Source of the DNA: Eledone cirrhosa
Taxonomy: Eukaryota
DNA: 64,000 nt
Assembly (NCBI GenBank): GCA_964016885.1
Contig: OZ024743.1
Span: forward strand, 335,296,001-335,360,000
Reading direction: 5' to 3'
Positions 1 through 16,139 of the stretch are shown piece by piece (the stretch's first letter is position 1; every line of letters begins with the position of its first letter). The notes below the pieces were generated by a model. That model was given only the letters and a program-made list of their open reading frames with translations. It ran no database searches and was not told where the DNA came from. A program made the position numbers and the translations under genes.

Positions 1-2491
1 CTTTTCAGCGACACTTCGCTCAGCTGTTCGGGGGCAGCAGTGGGCCGGGTAGAGGGATGGACTTTAGTGTCTACCTCGACGGACTGCCGCGGCTCTCGGC
101 CACTGAGGCGAAGTGTTGCGAAAAGCCGATAACAGCCGCTGAAGTAAGGGAGGCAATGACTGGCTGCACAAGGGGTAAATCGCCTGGTTTGGATGGTCTG
201 CCCTATGAACTTTACGTACAGATGCCAGACTTGTTCGGAGGCCTCTTGGCGGACGTCTACTGCAACTGGCAACAGAACGGGAGAATTCCCAGTTCTGTGA
301 GCCGAGGAGCGGTGGCACTGCTGAGAAAGGATCCGAACAAGGGGGATAACATAGACAACTTCCGGCCCATAACTCTGCTAAACACAGAGTTCAAGATTTT
401 GGCCAAGGTGCTAGCAAAGAGGTTGGCGCTTGTCGTTGGTGGTCTGGTGGGAGAGGCGCAGACATGCGCCATTCCCGACAGATCCATCCACGACAACCTC
501 CACCTCATGCGATACATCATAGAGAGGGTAGTTAAGGAACCTGGCACGGGTGGGTCCTTGATCAATTTAGATCAGTCGAAAGCTTTCGATAGGGTCGACC
601 ATCGTTACCTAGCGGCCGTCCTGAGGGCGGCTGGCTTTGGGCCCGTCTTCAGAGGCTGGATCGCTGCCATGCACAGCGACATCTGCTCTGTGGTGAGAGT
701 GAACGGTCACCTGTCGGAACCGTTCAACATCATGCGCTCGGTCCGCCAAGGATGTCCCCTCTCGTCCTTCTTGTACGTATTGACTCTCGAGCCATTACTG
801 CACAAACTGGAGACGTTGAGGGGAGTCCCGCGCGAACTAGGATGCGGAAGATCCGTGTCAGCATATGCGGACGATGTCACCGTAGTGGTGTCGAACGCCA
901 AACACATCGAGGCGATCGGCACTACACTAAGAGAATACGAAGCGGTGACAGGAGCAATGATCAACCAGGAAAAGTCAGTGGGCCTGCAGCTCGGCACCTG
1001 GAGAGGCAGGTCCATGCCGTCCAACAGCGTCGTCGGGCGCTGGACGGATGGACCGGTTAAATTGCTAGGGGTCTGGTTCGGTCCGGACCTCCAGACGGAC
1101 AAAAACTGGGACGAGGTGACGAGCAGGGTGGCTTCTCTCACCCAGAAATGGGCGGAGAGGAAGCTATCCCTGAAAGGTCGAGTGGAGGTGGCTAACGCGT
1201 ATCTCGCGTCTGTCATCTGCTACCGTCTGACCGTCGTACCTTGTCCTAAGCCTCGCTTGACTGCGCTGGAGCGTTTGCTCTTTCGCTTTTTGTGGAAGGG
1301 ACGTGCTCCGATGGTCAGGCAGTCCATCTGTTGTCAACACCCGCTACGTGGAGGGCTGGGCATGCCGTGGCTGATGATGCGCAGGCACGCGCTCAGGCTA
1401 CGACATCTCCACCTCTTCCTCGACGGTGATCATGTGTGTTCGCCGTTTGCTAGGCGCGTATTTCCCCAGCTCGTTTCCTTGACGGAGCTGCAGTCCTGGG
1501 TCAAGCGAAGACCGAGAGGGAGCGCCTGGAGACTGGAATGTCTTCAGGCGCTCACAGCCCTCGACCAATCGGGTAATGTGATCGGTGGAAACTCCACCTC
1601 GGCGTTCTATAGGGGATTAGTGGAGGGTAAGAGCGACGACGTACTTGGGGAAACTCTAGGCGTCGACGAAAATCAACTAGCCAATCTCTTCGGAAGAACT
1701 TTCGGGCCGGGGCCTATGGACAACTTCCAGAAATCTCTGGCCTGGCAGTGCTACCGAGGAGCCTTGCCAGTTCGGGATAAACTCTACAGGCATGGAGGTG
1801 CCGTCAGCCGGGCATGTCCGATATGCGCGCAGGGCGACGAAACCGTCCTGCACGCACTCGTCCAGTGTCCGAAAATTGCTGACTTGTGGGTTTATGTCGA
1901 ACACCTGCTGTCGCGTTTAGGACGGATCCGGCTATCATCTGAGTCCATCGTGAGGATTGCCCCGCCCTCCTCCTTTAGCCGGGAAGGGCAGGCAGTTTTT
2001 ATCTGTCTGGTGGCCATGGCGAAAGCGATAGTATGGTGGACACGTTTGAAAGGGCTGAAGACGAGCACTTACCTCTTCGGTGATGCTCTGATTGACTTTT
2101 TCAAATTTCATTTGAAAAGGAAAATCAGAGTAGAGAGGGAAGTGCTCTCTTCCCAGCATTTTGTTGAAAGATGGGTGAGAGAAGCAAGAATGGCCCGAGT
2201 GAATGGGCCGACTCTGAGTATATATCTGTAAACTAAAGGTGGAAAACTGGGAGAGGGCACTTGCCTTGGTGGTCAGGGTCATTGTGGCTTTTTACTGGGC
2301 TTTCTCCACAAATGTCCCTCCGAAGTCTCCCCCCTATTGGGGAATTTTTCATTGTTATTTTCATTGTTATTTTTGTTACATCCTCTGTTTTTGTTTTTTT
2401 ACACGCAGAAATGCCCATTTGTACCGTCCTGCATTGTCCTGCACTGTCCTTAATGTCTACTTTATGTAAACCCTTGTGGTTAATAAAGAAA

Positions 2492-2530
<39 letters not shown>
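1..2530 (+). mobile_element. L1/Tx1-clade non-LTR retrotransposon, 3' part (ORF2, 3'UTR, (ATT)n tail); extends beyond window start
   Basis: GC-rich ORF with RT motifs, then T-rich UTR, AATAAA at 2482-2487 and an (ATT)n tail at 2494-2530. Confidence 0.9.
3..2231 (+). CDS. LINE ORF2 reverse transcriptase with C-terminal CCHC (zf-RVT) domain; frame is open from the window edge (listed ATG at 57)
   Basis: Motifs KSPGLDG, FRPITLLN, LDQSKAFDRVDH, VRQGCPLS, YADD, CPIC..ETVLHALVQC; no stops. Confidence 0.92.
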   Translation, partial: FQRHFAQLFGGSSGPGRGMDFSVYLDGLPRLSATEAKCCEKPITAAEVREAMTGCTRGKSPGLDGLPYELYVQMPDLFGGLLADVYCNWQQNGRIPSSVSRGAVALLRKDPNKGDNIDNFRPITLLNTEFKILAKVLAKRLALVVGGLVGEAQTCAIPDRSIHDNLHLMRYIIERVVKEPGTGGSLINLDQSKAFDRVDHRYLAAVLRAAGFGPVFRGWIAAMHSDICSVVRVNGHLSEPFNIMRSVRQGCPLSSFLYVLTLEPLLHKLETLRGVPRELGCGRSVSAYADDVTVVVSNAKHIEAIGTTLREYEAVTGAMINQEKSVGLQLGTWRGRSMPSNSVVGRWTDGPVKLLGVWFGPDLQTDKNWDEVTSRVASLTQKWAERKLSLKGRVEVANAYLASVICYRLTVVPCPKPRLTALERLLFRFLWKGRAPMVRQSICCQHPLRGGLGMPWLMMRRHALRLRHLHLFLDGDHVCSPFARRVFPQLVSLTELQSWVKRRPRGSAWRLECLQALTALDQSGNVIGGNSTSAFYRGLVEGKSDDVLGETLGVDENQLANLFGRTFGPGPMDNFQKSLAWQCYRGALPVRDKLYRHGGAVSRACPICAQGDETVLHALVQCPKIADLWVYVEHLLSRLGRIRLSSESIVRIAPPSSFSREGQAVFICLVAMAKAIVWWTRLKGLKTSTYLFGDALIDFFKFHLKRKIRVEREVLSSQHFVERWVREARMARVNGPTLSIYL

Positions 2531-2532
<2 letters not shown>

Positions 2533-2921
2533 ATATATGTAATAATTGAATGATGAAAACTTCAGAAATCCGGTAAGATGCAGCAGAAATAGGAGAAAAT
2601 AAGGAGAAAATAATCCCAAATAAAACAAAATAAACTAAAGATATTTCAACGTGATATTTCAAGGTTTGGACTCCCTTCTCAAAAACAAAATTAAAACGAT
2701 GCGTTCTTCCTTAACTTGTCCGTAACTATGTAAAGGCTGATAATTTGAATTACAAGTACAGAACATCTGATGAGATTTCAAACAGATTCCTTCTACCCAA
2801 TATCACTCACAAGGGTTGACTCGACAATATGGGAAATCATACTTACAAAATATACTCAATGTTTCCAAAGCAAACACTGCCGTTCGGCCATTCTGGGACA
2901 TAACAGAACCCCCCCTCCCAC

Positions 2922-2959
<38 letters not shown>

Positions 2960-2965
<6 letters not shown>

Positions 2966-3220
2966 ATACTTGGGGAGGGTCATATTGTAATAAATTGCCA
3001 GAAATAATAACAGAACACACTCACTGTTTGGTTGGTTTTCGCTTCTGTATCTTTTATATCTCCACAGTTAATTCATTTATTCCTCAATGTTTATCATTGA
3101 CTGACCAACGGTCAAAATTACAGATATAATATAGATATAAACACATATATATAGTCTAACAAATTTCTTTCGTTGCACATCTGCAACATCATCAGTGGTA
3201 CTATTATGTTCCTCTTGTAT
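2960..3220 (+). repeat. Dispersed repeat, probable PLE terminal fragment; relatives at ~14660-14960(+), ~33180-33310(-), ~37500-37650(-)
   Basis: Shared ttgttatacttggggagggtcatat...aacacactcactgtttggttggttttcgc...tctttcgttgcacat; abuts (TA)n. Confidence 0.7.
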
Positions 3221-3780
3221 TTGTATGTCTACGACATTTTTATTTTATCTGTTTATTTATTTATTTATATATATATAATAACTGTAATGAAGATGCTGAT
3301 GTTACATAAATCGTTTATTGGAACGTCATCATCTTTATTGATGTTATTATTATACTGAATCACCATCGTTACTACAAACTACGAATGTTGAGAGCTTTCT
3401 CCTGGTTGCTATTGTTTTTACCAAAACAATCTCTTCGGAACAAATATATATGTATGCATGTGTTTGTATGTGTACAGTACATGTATGTGTGTATGTATAT
3501 ATGTATGTGTGTATATATATGTGTATTTATAAACGTATGTATACATGTATGTATGTGCGTATGTATGTACATATGTATGTAATTATATATATGTATATGT
3601 AGCTGTATGTGTGTGTTTATGCTGGAATATTTATACATCTTCAATAGTAACCGAAATCAATATCATTTATTACCATGACAGAAAAGAATATGCCACATCC
3701 CTAATTCCTATGTTATAAAGTACATCTACATAATTGATATGAAAATAAGGGATATCGCGAATAGATATTTGTATGAATGC

Positions 3781-3960
<180 letters not shown>

Positions 3961-4100
3961 GAAAAGTGTAATTTTCTACACAAAACGAAGGTTATAGAGA
4001 AAATTGAGGTTGGTAATGGCACATGGAATATATAAGAGACAGAATACTTTTTTGTGAAAAAACATAATTTTATAAGGTAAGGAAATAATAAAGGGTATAA

Positions 4101-4148
4101 AAAATGACCGGTTTCGATGGGTCTGCAAAAGCCATCTTTTCAAATGTT
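4101..4148 (-). ncRNA. Minimal hammerhead ribozyme-like motif with U3-A8 core
   Basis: Minus strand: aacat TTGAAAA gatgg-cttttgcagac-ccatc GAAACCGGTC atttt; palindromic stem III ACCGGT, GUC triplet, imperfect stem I. Confidence 0.55.
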
Positions 4149-4356
4149 GATTAATATTAAGAAAAATTAATAATACGAAGAGTTAAAATTTGAGACTTGA
4201 AAATTCAAGTATAAAATTCATTGTGGGATTTCATAGCAGTTTTCATCTAGGTAGCAACAACAGGTTGACTGCTGTGTCCCTTTCTGGTAGTGAATGAGAA
4301 GTTATTTGGGGTGTGGGTTATTTTATAAAGGTCAGATTTAGCAATAGCCAGCTGCT

Positions 4357-4958
<602 letters not shown>

Positions 4959-5281
4959 TAACCAGTTAATTTTTTGGATTTTTTTACTTAATCCTATTGA
5001 CTGATTAATCGCTTAAGTTTATTTTTAAAACTTATCGGTTGGGAGCTTAATTCGTTTTGTGCTATTTTTGCAAATTTTTGCAATTACTACACATACTGAA
5101 TTCATTTGCCAAAACTAGGGGTTTTCTCCCCTTTGGAATTTACATGTGCTTTCGAACACTGTGAGATCCTGGCGCACGCAGAACAAAATGTCTGTTGAGA
5201 AAGTGATATCCTTGTTCGATCATTATACCAAAAGCTTATTATTCTTTATAAGCAGACAATATTATTGATTTAGGTGTCTAC

Positions 5282-5470
5282 GGCGGTGGATTGGCAGTAT
5301 CGGTAGAGGGTCGGACGCCATGCTTTCCAGCATAGTTACGTCCCTTTATGATCTGAGTTCAAATCCCGCCGAGGTTGACTTTGCCTTTCATCCTCACGGG
5401 GTCGATAAAATAAAGTACCAGTAATGCACTGGTTAATTGCTGGCCTTGTACCTAAAGTAGAAACAATTAT
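5282..5470 (+). mobile_element. SINE family 1 (tRNA-like head, Meta/Sauria-type central domain); other copies ~17070-17215(-), 22400-22585(-), 23418-23590(-), 23625-23805(-), 47100-47210(-), 53213-53400(+), 54225-54345(-), 57375-57580(-)
   Basis: B-box-like gagttcaaatccc and conserved gactttgcctttcatcc..ggggtcgataaaataaagtaccag shared among copies. Confidence 0.8.
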
Positions 5471-5753
5471 TGATTTAGGTGTCACAGAAACTCTATATCG
5501 GATTTTACCATCATTCCCTTTGGTCCGGGAAAATATTTCAATCATATCTTATTTTGTTTCACCCTCTTAGCTTGCGCTTTTTTTTTATTTTACTTAGGTG
5601 GTTAATGACTTCTTAACCATCGTCTCAGTTTTATATGGCCTTTTTAACTTATGTTTATAGCTCTGGTATCTTCACATCTATTGAGTGCTCGCCAACACAA
5701 TTCGGAAGTTGCGTTTCGCTAATTTCTACCCGCCGAAATACGATTCTCGCTAA

Positions 5754-5817
<64 letters not shown>

Positions 5818-6293
5818 GTCAATTCACGCAAATGGGAGGACGCTAGCATGCTGTTAGTAGTTTTAGAATTGCAACACGTGCGACGGGTCACTCACAGATT
5901 TGCATTTGATGTGTAAACACAGATAATTAAATCTTCCCTCTTGCTGAAGATCCATGATTTGACTACTGTGACTTTCCAGATTATTGGTGAAATATATTTT
6001 TTAATGAAATATATATAAGGAAAATTAATCATTTTTTAAAAGGTAATATTTGAAGCTCTAGTTAAACTTTAATTAGTTACCTATCTAGCTATGTGTGATT
6101 ACACACTTTACAAATTATCCCCTGTGATTGTTTCATGTGTTTATTTTAAATATATATATATATGTCAATCAATTTCTAGTTGATATAAAATGGTCGGATC
6201 TATTCATTGGAACCTTTGAGCATATTCTACGGTGGATATGGCGCATGCCTCCGACATGACTCCTTTAATTTAATTAAATTAAATTTATTTTGG

Positions 6294-6394
<101 letters not shown>

Positions 6395-6490
6395 GTATAC
6401 GTACATACATATATGTATACAGATGTACAGTAGTATGTATATATATATACATATATATATCCAAATTTATTTTGGATATATATATATATT

Positions 6491-6582
<92 letters not shown>

Positions 6583-7209
6583 AATATATATATATATATC
6601 CAAAATAAATTTGGATATATATATGTACGTATGGATTCGGTGAATACATACGTACATATATATATGTGTGCATGTATGTATATATATATACATACTACTG
6701 TACATCTGTATACATATATGTATGTACGTATACAAAATTATATTTAAGTAACAGCCGTACTAAGAGTGAGAAATGAAATTTCGTTTCATTTTTTCCGTTT
6801 ATCGTTTTTGGTGCACCCGGCCGATTAACCCACTCGATATGCAAATTGGGCTATTCAGCCGTTAATTTGCATAAGGAAAGAATATACTTTCAGACGTTTA
6901 ATCATCTGGCAGGAAGGTATACGTTGCTGACGATAACTAATAAGCTTGAAACTAGTACAGCGCTCCTTTGTCAGTGTTGAACAAACGAGCAACGATAGTT
7001 GCTAGACACTACGGCTTAATACGGGATGTTTGTTACAACCACGAGGCTGTTGGTGGAAATAGAAATAGAAACAACACAACTAACAATAACAATAGCATCA
7101 GTACACATAAATCAGCAGCCTGGACTCTACTTTTTATAATCTTTCCGATAAGTGGTTCGACCTGCGACGAGTCCACGCCACGACTTTAGCTTTTAACAAA
7201 CGCACGCAC

Positions 7210-9040
7210 TTGCCGTCGCAGGTCGATGAACAAACAGAAGCACAATTTAGTATAGCTAGATCTAAACTTAGAAATATTATAAAACAGTATAGCAAGAAGC
7301 ATAATAGAATGGAGGCCCAGCAACTGGGAGAAAAATATGCAAATGGCTTGCGTAAGCTCATGCAGCGCTCGCGTAATGGAGAGATAGCATGCTTTCCAAC
7401 AGACATGTCTGGCAGAATGTCGGTTGACAGTCTGCCAAACTACATCCAGGCAATGCAACCCCACATCACTAACACAAGAGAAGTAACACCACAAGAGCAC
7501 GAGGATAGGGAAAAAGCCATCAATGCCCATATGATGATGTGGACAAATATAATGCAGACCAACAAAATGACTGTCAACAACTTCCAGGCCTGGAACAATG
7601 ACATGCCAGCGTTGTATGGGCTTCGAAAAGACCATAAAACGAACAGTCACCCTGTCACAGGACCACCAACACGGCCAGTCTGTGGAGCTAACATTGCTAG
7701 TAACTACAGACTTTCATACTTCCTCTCCCTGATCATACGCCCCATCATTGAAATGTCCCCAGATGTATGTGACAGCACGGAGGGCCTCCTCAGCAGGATC
7801 GGCGAGAGTAAACGATCTAGGGACCTAACGAACTGCATAATAGGTAGTATGGATGTTGTGTCCCTGTATCCATCTATTGACGTGGATTTTGCTGTGGAGA
7901 AATGTGTAGAAATGATCAGTGAGAGCAATGTTGAATTCCGTGGGATTGAATCCAGTGAGCAGGGAATCCTACTTAAACTTACCTATAGTAATAATTATCT
8001 AGATACTTAGCCTTAGAACCAAGGCCTTAGCAACCTGTGCCCTACAAGACCAGTAAGAGGCAAACCACCTATCATTACCTCAATGGCCAAGAAAACCCAC
8101 ACATATAGATGGAACGGGTGGACCAGAGCCATACGGACCCCCGAAAACCATGATGAACTAAAGAAAATGATTGCACATGCGGTGGGGGCCAGCATAAAAT
8201 TAACCCTTAAGGAACATATGTTCATATTTAATGGAAAAACATATGCCCAAGAGGATGGAGCAGCCATTGTTGTTAGCATTGCAGGCGACATAGCAAACTT
8301 ATTCATGGTATGGTGGGACAGTAGACTTAATCTTAAAGAACAATTAGAAGAGCCCTTAACCCTGATAATGTACTCCCGCTACGTTGGTGATATAAACATC
8401 GTAGTTAAAACACCCCCACTAGAGAACAGTCAGGAATTAGAGAAAAACAGAATGGAAAGCATCCAGCAAATAGCTAACTCCATCCACCAGAGTATTAGAG
8501 TTACTATAGACACAGAGCTCTGTTTAGATACCAGTAATAACAAAAAACAAATCCTCCATTCCCATTATGCCAAACCCATGACTTCCAAATATCTGATCCA
8601 CCGAAACTCAGCTGTTTCGGACCATACCAAAATCAACATACTGATTGCGGATTTGGTACGGGTGATGAGAAATGTGTCCCGCATGTGAAACCCCGAAGAA
8701 CTAGAGAGACACATACAACACTTCATCCACCGTATGCAGTTCTCTGGTTACAATCAGAGAGATAAAATCAGAGTATATAGAAGAGCCAGAATCAAATGGG
8801 AAAAAATGGTAAATAATGACACAAATGGGACCTGCCCCTTGTATAGGAGCACATTTTGGAATAGAATAGAATAGAAATTCCTAAATTCCTAAATTTATTA
8901 TAATAAATTGAAGTGAAAGCAACTGGTGCGTGTGTTTCTTATTGGCAACATGACCCTCCCAAAGTATAACAATATCGGTTTCAACACACGTTTTCAGATA
9001 AAGAATCCTGCTAAACAAATTCAGAAACGAAATATATATT
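7210..9040 (+). mobile_element. Decayed Penelope-like element: RT pseudogene (two TAG stops near 8008-8016, TGA at 8686-8688) plus terminal repeat fragment 8880-9040
   Basis: LYGLRKDHK, PTRPVCGA, SMDVVSLYPSI, YAQEDGAAI, YSRYVGDI, HYAKPM, RMQFSGY resemble PLE RT motifs. Confidence 0.82.
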
Positions 9041-9041
9041 T

Positions 9042-9157
<116 letters not shown>

Positions 9158-9182
9158 ATATATATATGTGTATATATATATA

Positions 9183-9365
9183 GTAATAATAATGAATTTG
9201 AAAACTAAAATCCAAAGAGGGCTCGATAAGGATAAATATAAATCAAATATATAAAAACCGTAGACCAAATATTTATTAAAATAACAGATTAAAGTTTAAG
9301 CAAAGAATCACTGCTTTCACCCTTAACGATTCTTTGCTTAAACTTTAATCTGTTATTTTAATAAA
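9183..9365 (-). repeat. PLE terminal fragment ending in a fold-back; family also at 13790-13935(-), 14490-14585(+), 30130-30285
   Basis: Shared ctaaaatccaaagagggctcgataa...aacagattaaagtttaagcaaagaat; arms 9270-9309 / 9328-9366 are inverted. Confidence 0.8.
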
Positions 9366-9556
9366 TATATATATAAATATATATATATATATTTATGTAT
9401 ATATGTATATATATGTATGTGTATGTTCGTGTAGGTGTATGTGTGTGTATGACTATATATGTATGTGTGTATGTGTGTATGTGTATATATATCTATGTGT
9501 GTGTACATGTATGTATGTGTATGTATGTGTGTGTGTGTATATGTGTATGTATATGT

Positions 9557-9587
<31 letters not shown>

Positions 9588-9894
9588 TATATATATATAT
9601 ATATATATGTATATGTTTCTCTATTTGTATATGTATATCTGTATAGGTATATACCTTTTTCTTTGTATGTCTGTGTTGTGTGAGAGTGTAGTGGTGTTTG
9701 TATGTATATACCGATATATAGATGCGTAAGTATTTGTCTGTATGTATGTATGTAGGTCTGTATGTATTTGTGTGTGTATATATAGGTATGTATGTGTATA
9801 TCTGTATGTATATAAGTATGTAAGTGTATGTATATGTGCGTGTATGTGTGTACATATATGTGTGTCTATATAGTATGTGTGATTATATGTGTAT

Positions 9895-9946
<52 letters not shown>

Positions 9947-10088
9947 ATTTATATGTATGTGTGTATATGTATGTATGTATGTATATGTATATGTTTATAT
10001 ATGTGTGTGTATGTATGTTCTAAGTGTGGATGTGTGTATATGTATGTATGTGTTTGTATGTGTGTGTATATATATATGTATGTGTGTA

Positions 10089-10160
<72 letters not shown>

Positions 10161-10803
10161 CTTGATATATTTCTTTTTTCTTTTTTTTTTTTTTTTTTTT
10201 TTCTTTTTCTTTTCTTTCCTTTTTAATGTTTATTTATTATTTATTATTTTTTATTTTCTTAGTTTATAGATACATCTATATTAAGCAGTCTGCCCAAACC
10301 GTTGAATACTGACCTCTCCCCCCCTCCCACCTAATTTCTGTATCTTGATCTAAATGTGTGTGCCAGTGTTTATGTGAGTGAATTAATATCCATGTGCTTA
10401 GGATTTTATATCCACATATATATATGTGAGTGGGGGTGTGTGTGTGTTTGTATGTTCGTAGTTATGTGTATGTTTATGCATATACGCGCGTGTGTGTGTG
10501 ATTGTACGGATATGTGTGAGTATGAAAATATGTGTATACACTTATTTCATATTTATGTGTCTATACGCATCTTATCTGTGCATTATAAACTTACAGAGAC
10601 ATTAACCTTGAAATTTTGTATTTGCATCCATCCTTTTGGTATGCGTATACAAGTTGTGCATACATTTTTGTAAAATATGTGTAAGGGTAGTTACATGTAT
10701 ATACACACACCGAACTGCATTAAACCTTTTGTATTTTCATTGGTCAATTTTGTTCCCAAACGGACCTGAAATTTTGAATTGTTGTTATTATCAATAAATA
10801 TAT

Positions 10804-10957
10804 TTCATTATTTCTGAAGACGGTGTATATATGTGTTGGTATGTATATTTAATCTTGATAGTTTGTATAATTTTGTATAATTTTGTACATAGATCTGTTG
10901 AATATGCATGCCAATTCTAACACATATATATCCTAGAAACGATCGTTAAATAATGAA
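10804..10957 (+). ncRNA. Hammerhead ribozyme motif with very long (115 nt) stem II
   Basis: ttcattattt CTGAAGA [cggtgtatatatgtgttgg...ctaacacatatatatccta] GAAAC GATC GTT aaataatgaa; 10-bp perfect stem I, palindromic stem III ACGATCGT. Confidence 0.78.
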
Positions 10958-11042
10958 CTTTTTTTGTTTAATATAAGGAACTGTTTCATTGTTTATTCAT
11001 TATTTGTTTAATATTTTATATGTATATATATATATTTATATA

Positions 11043-12050
<1,008 letters not shown>

Positions 12051-12075
12051 TTATATATATATTTATATATATATG

Positions 12076-12128
<53 letters not shown>

Positions 12129-12129
12129 T

Positions 12130-12246
<117 letters not shown>

Positions 12247-12451
12247 ATGTATATATATATATTTATATGTATATATATATTTATATATATATATGTATAT
12301 ATATATTTATATATATTTGTATATATATATATATTTATATATATGTGTCTATATATTTATTTATATATATATATTCATATATATATGTATATATATATAT
12401 ATTTATATATATATATAATTATATATATGTATATATATATATTTATATATT

Positions 12452-12888
<437 letters not shown>

Positions 12889-13004
12889 TTATATATATAT
12901 ATATTTATATATATATTTATATATATTTAAATATATATATATATTTATATATATATTTATATATATTTAAATATATATATATATTTATATATATATAAAT
13001 ATAT

Positions 13005-13627
13005 ATCGCTGCCATGTCCTGCGTCTCCAACAGACCAGTGTCTTTCCTTAGGGCATCAACATACGTTAACCTTGGTCTTCCTCTTCTAGTGTGTCCATGT
13101 AGGGGCTCCCAAAAGAGCACTGAGTGCAATGTCAAATCTGGATGTCGGTGAGCATGTCCAGCTAACCTCAGTCTCCTCTGTGTCACTTTTGAGCTGACTT
13201 TTGGAATACTCCCATACAGCTCTGAGTTTTTCAATCTCAGTGTATACTGATTAATGTTCAGAACCATACTCAACATTCTCGTGTAGCACCCATCCACCAT
13301 ATGAGTGAGTTTCTTGGTCAGCGTCCAAGTCTCAGACCAATACAGCAGCACAGACTCCACTACAGCAATGAAGAGGCGGACTTTCATGTCTCTACGAAGG
13401 TCCGACTTCCACACCGGTCTCAAGCTGTGGCACGCCGCCCAGGCCTTGCTCTTCCTCTCAACCACATCATCTTCCGTATTCCCAATCTTTGCTCCCAAAT
13501 ACAGGAAGCCCTCAACCAATTCTAGCAACTTCCCGCCTACATTAGTGATCCCCTCTGGCTTCTCAACATTCTCTACCAGATATTTTGTTTTAGTCTCATT
13601 CATTCTCAGCCCCACACTCATCGACAC
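13005..13627 (-). mobile_element. RTE-type LINE fragment (RT C-terminal/thumb region)
   Basis: GLRMNETKTK, FLYLGA, VESVLLYWSETWTL, RRLRLAGH, RRGRPRLT. Confidence 0.85.
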
Positions 13628-14164
13628 AGTCTCAACAGGACATGGCAGCGATAATGAGGGACAGAGACCGCTGGAGAGAATTCGTCCATGGATCTCGGGA
13701 ATTTTACCCGCCTTAGATAGATAGATATATATATTTATATATATAGGTGTATATATATATCTATATATATATATATATTTATATATAGTAATAATAATAA
13801 ATTTGAAGACTAAAATCCAAAGAGGGCTCGATAAGGATAATTATATTATAATTATAATTATAATATATATCAAATATATAAGAACCATAGAGCAAATATT
13901 TATTAAAATAACAGATTAAAGTTTAAGCAAAGAATTTATATACGTTTATATATTATTTATTTATTTGTGTACACGCATACACACACACACATATTTATAT
14001 GTGCGTGGTTTTGTATACCTCTGGTAAGTGTTTTGCGTATGCTTGTGTATGTACGTATTTGTTTGCGTATATGTATTTATTTATTTCTATTACTTCTGTA
14101 TTGTATTTATTTACTTTGTTCTTTACTATGAAGCGGAGATTAATTCGGTCTCCTGGTTAGAATT

Positions 14165-14432
14165 TTAGTCTACGAGTTCTGCTATACCATTTACGTGGTT
14201 TTGTCTTTGCGTGCTATTGTTCTCCACGCTCCACATATGACGTTTTATCTTCGTTTTTTCGTTCATTGCCAGAGAACGTCTCTATGAACCACCTAAGAGA
14301 ACATTAGTCTACGACCTCTTTTATACCATAAACGTGATTCTGTCTTTGCGCGTAATTGTTTTTCCCCGCTCCTATTAATGACGTATTATTCGTTTTTTCC
14401 CGTTCTTTGCCAGCGAACGTTTCCACGAACCA
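14165..14432 (+). repeat. Diverged tandem duplication, ~139 bp period, inside a PLE-like terminal region
   Basis: ttagtctacga...tgtctttgcg...tgccag.gaacgt...gaacc occurs twice (starts ~14165 and ~14304). Confidence 0.75.
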
Positions 14433-14494
14433 AAGTATCGTCTTCCTGTCTTCCTCCGGTTGCAACGTTTTTTGAAATATCCACTTCTGCGTTT

Positions 14495-14570
14495 ACAGAT
14501 TGACTTTGTTAGTTTCAGAAGATCCCGTTAATGGTGAAAGCAGCGATTCTTTGCTTAAACTTTAATCTGT
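14495..14570 (+). ncRNA. Hammerhead-like motif (CAGAAGA core variant)
   Basis: acagattga..agttt CAGAAGA tcccgttaatggt GAA AGCA-gcgattctt-TGCT T aaact ttaatctgt; extended stem I pairs. Confidence 0.6.
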
Positions 14571-15606
14571 TATTTTAATAAATATATATTTATATATATA
14601 TATATATTTATATATAATTATAACGGCGATGAATTAGTTTTGCGAGGTTTTTTATATGAAATCGTGTGTCAAAACAAATATTGTTATACTTGGTGAGGGT
14701 CATATGTGTGTAATATTGCCATAATTAATAACAACACACTCACTGTTTGGTTGGTTTTCGATTTTCGCTTCTGTTTTTTTTATAACGGTAATCTAATTTA
14801 TTCGGTCCTCAATGTTGCCATTGACTGACCAACGATCAAAAATAATACAGATACAATATAGACACACACACATATATATAGTATATCAAAGTTCTTTCGT
14901 TGCACATATGCAACATCGTCAGTGGTGCTATTGTTTCCTCCCGTTACATTGTATGTCTACCCCATTTTTATTTAGTCTGTCTATAGACAGGAATTGGAAA
15001 TTTTCACTTTTTTAAATTATCGTTGCGAAACTTATTTGGGTTTTGAAATTTAAATTTGTCTGCGGAACAGGTTTGGATTTTGAAATTTAAATTTGTCCAG
15101 GTATCACGGCTATTGCCAATACGGGTTTGTTTTTATTGATTTATTATTTTAAATCGAGACAGGCAAACTGTATTAATCTAATTAGTATTTTTCAATCTAG
15201 CTAACTTGGTCGTTTACAATGCAAACGCTTATATGTTTATATTGGTGTTTATCATATATTAATTTATATTAACTTGTATTTCACGGCTCAGAAATGCTTC
15301 TTTCATTGAGCTATTTAATTGTAAAAGACTGTTTGAGTTTATAACTCTAAATATAATATGTATATGTATATATATTTATATATATATTTATATATATATA
15401 TATGTATATATATTTATATATATATTTATATATATATATATGTATATATATTTATATATATATACTTATATATACATATATATATTTATATATATTTATA
15501 TATATATATATTTATATATATATATTCATATATATATATTTATATATATATGTATATATATGTATATATATATATACATATTTATATATATATATATTTA
15601 TATATA

Positions 15607-15638
<32 letters not shown>

Positions 15639-15867
15639 ATGTGTGTGTGTATGTGTAAATAAACCCCAAAAAGGTGGGCGTTATATATGGCAAAACAGAC
15701 ATGACACAGGACAGACCCTTCTCATTAACCGACCTCTGTATGTCCTTGTGATTTTGGTACATTAAGATCGATATTAATGTACCTTGAAACATCGTTATTT
15801 TGTTTTGTCTTATTTCTCATTAGTTGTCCTTTACCAGGACATTCAACTGTCAACTGATGAGAAAGGA

Positions 15868-15945
<78 letters not shown>

Positions 15946-16139
15946 TACTAATACTTAATCTATATCTCCGTTTGCTTTACATCAGTTATATACATGTAAT
16001 TTATAACATAGTAATTAGGGATATTTTTTTGACATAGGTCATTAAATATTATTTCAATAGTAACATCCGCGGTATCATATTTTCCCTTCTGTCATGACAT
16101 TAAATGATATCGATCTTGGTTACTCTTGAAGATGAATAA

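Noticed and set aside
3285-3345. HHR-like CTGATGT...GAACGTC (also weak candidates near 5944-6000 and 6885-6910)
   Set aside because: Core or stem I mismatches; too degenerate to call
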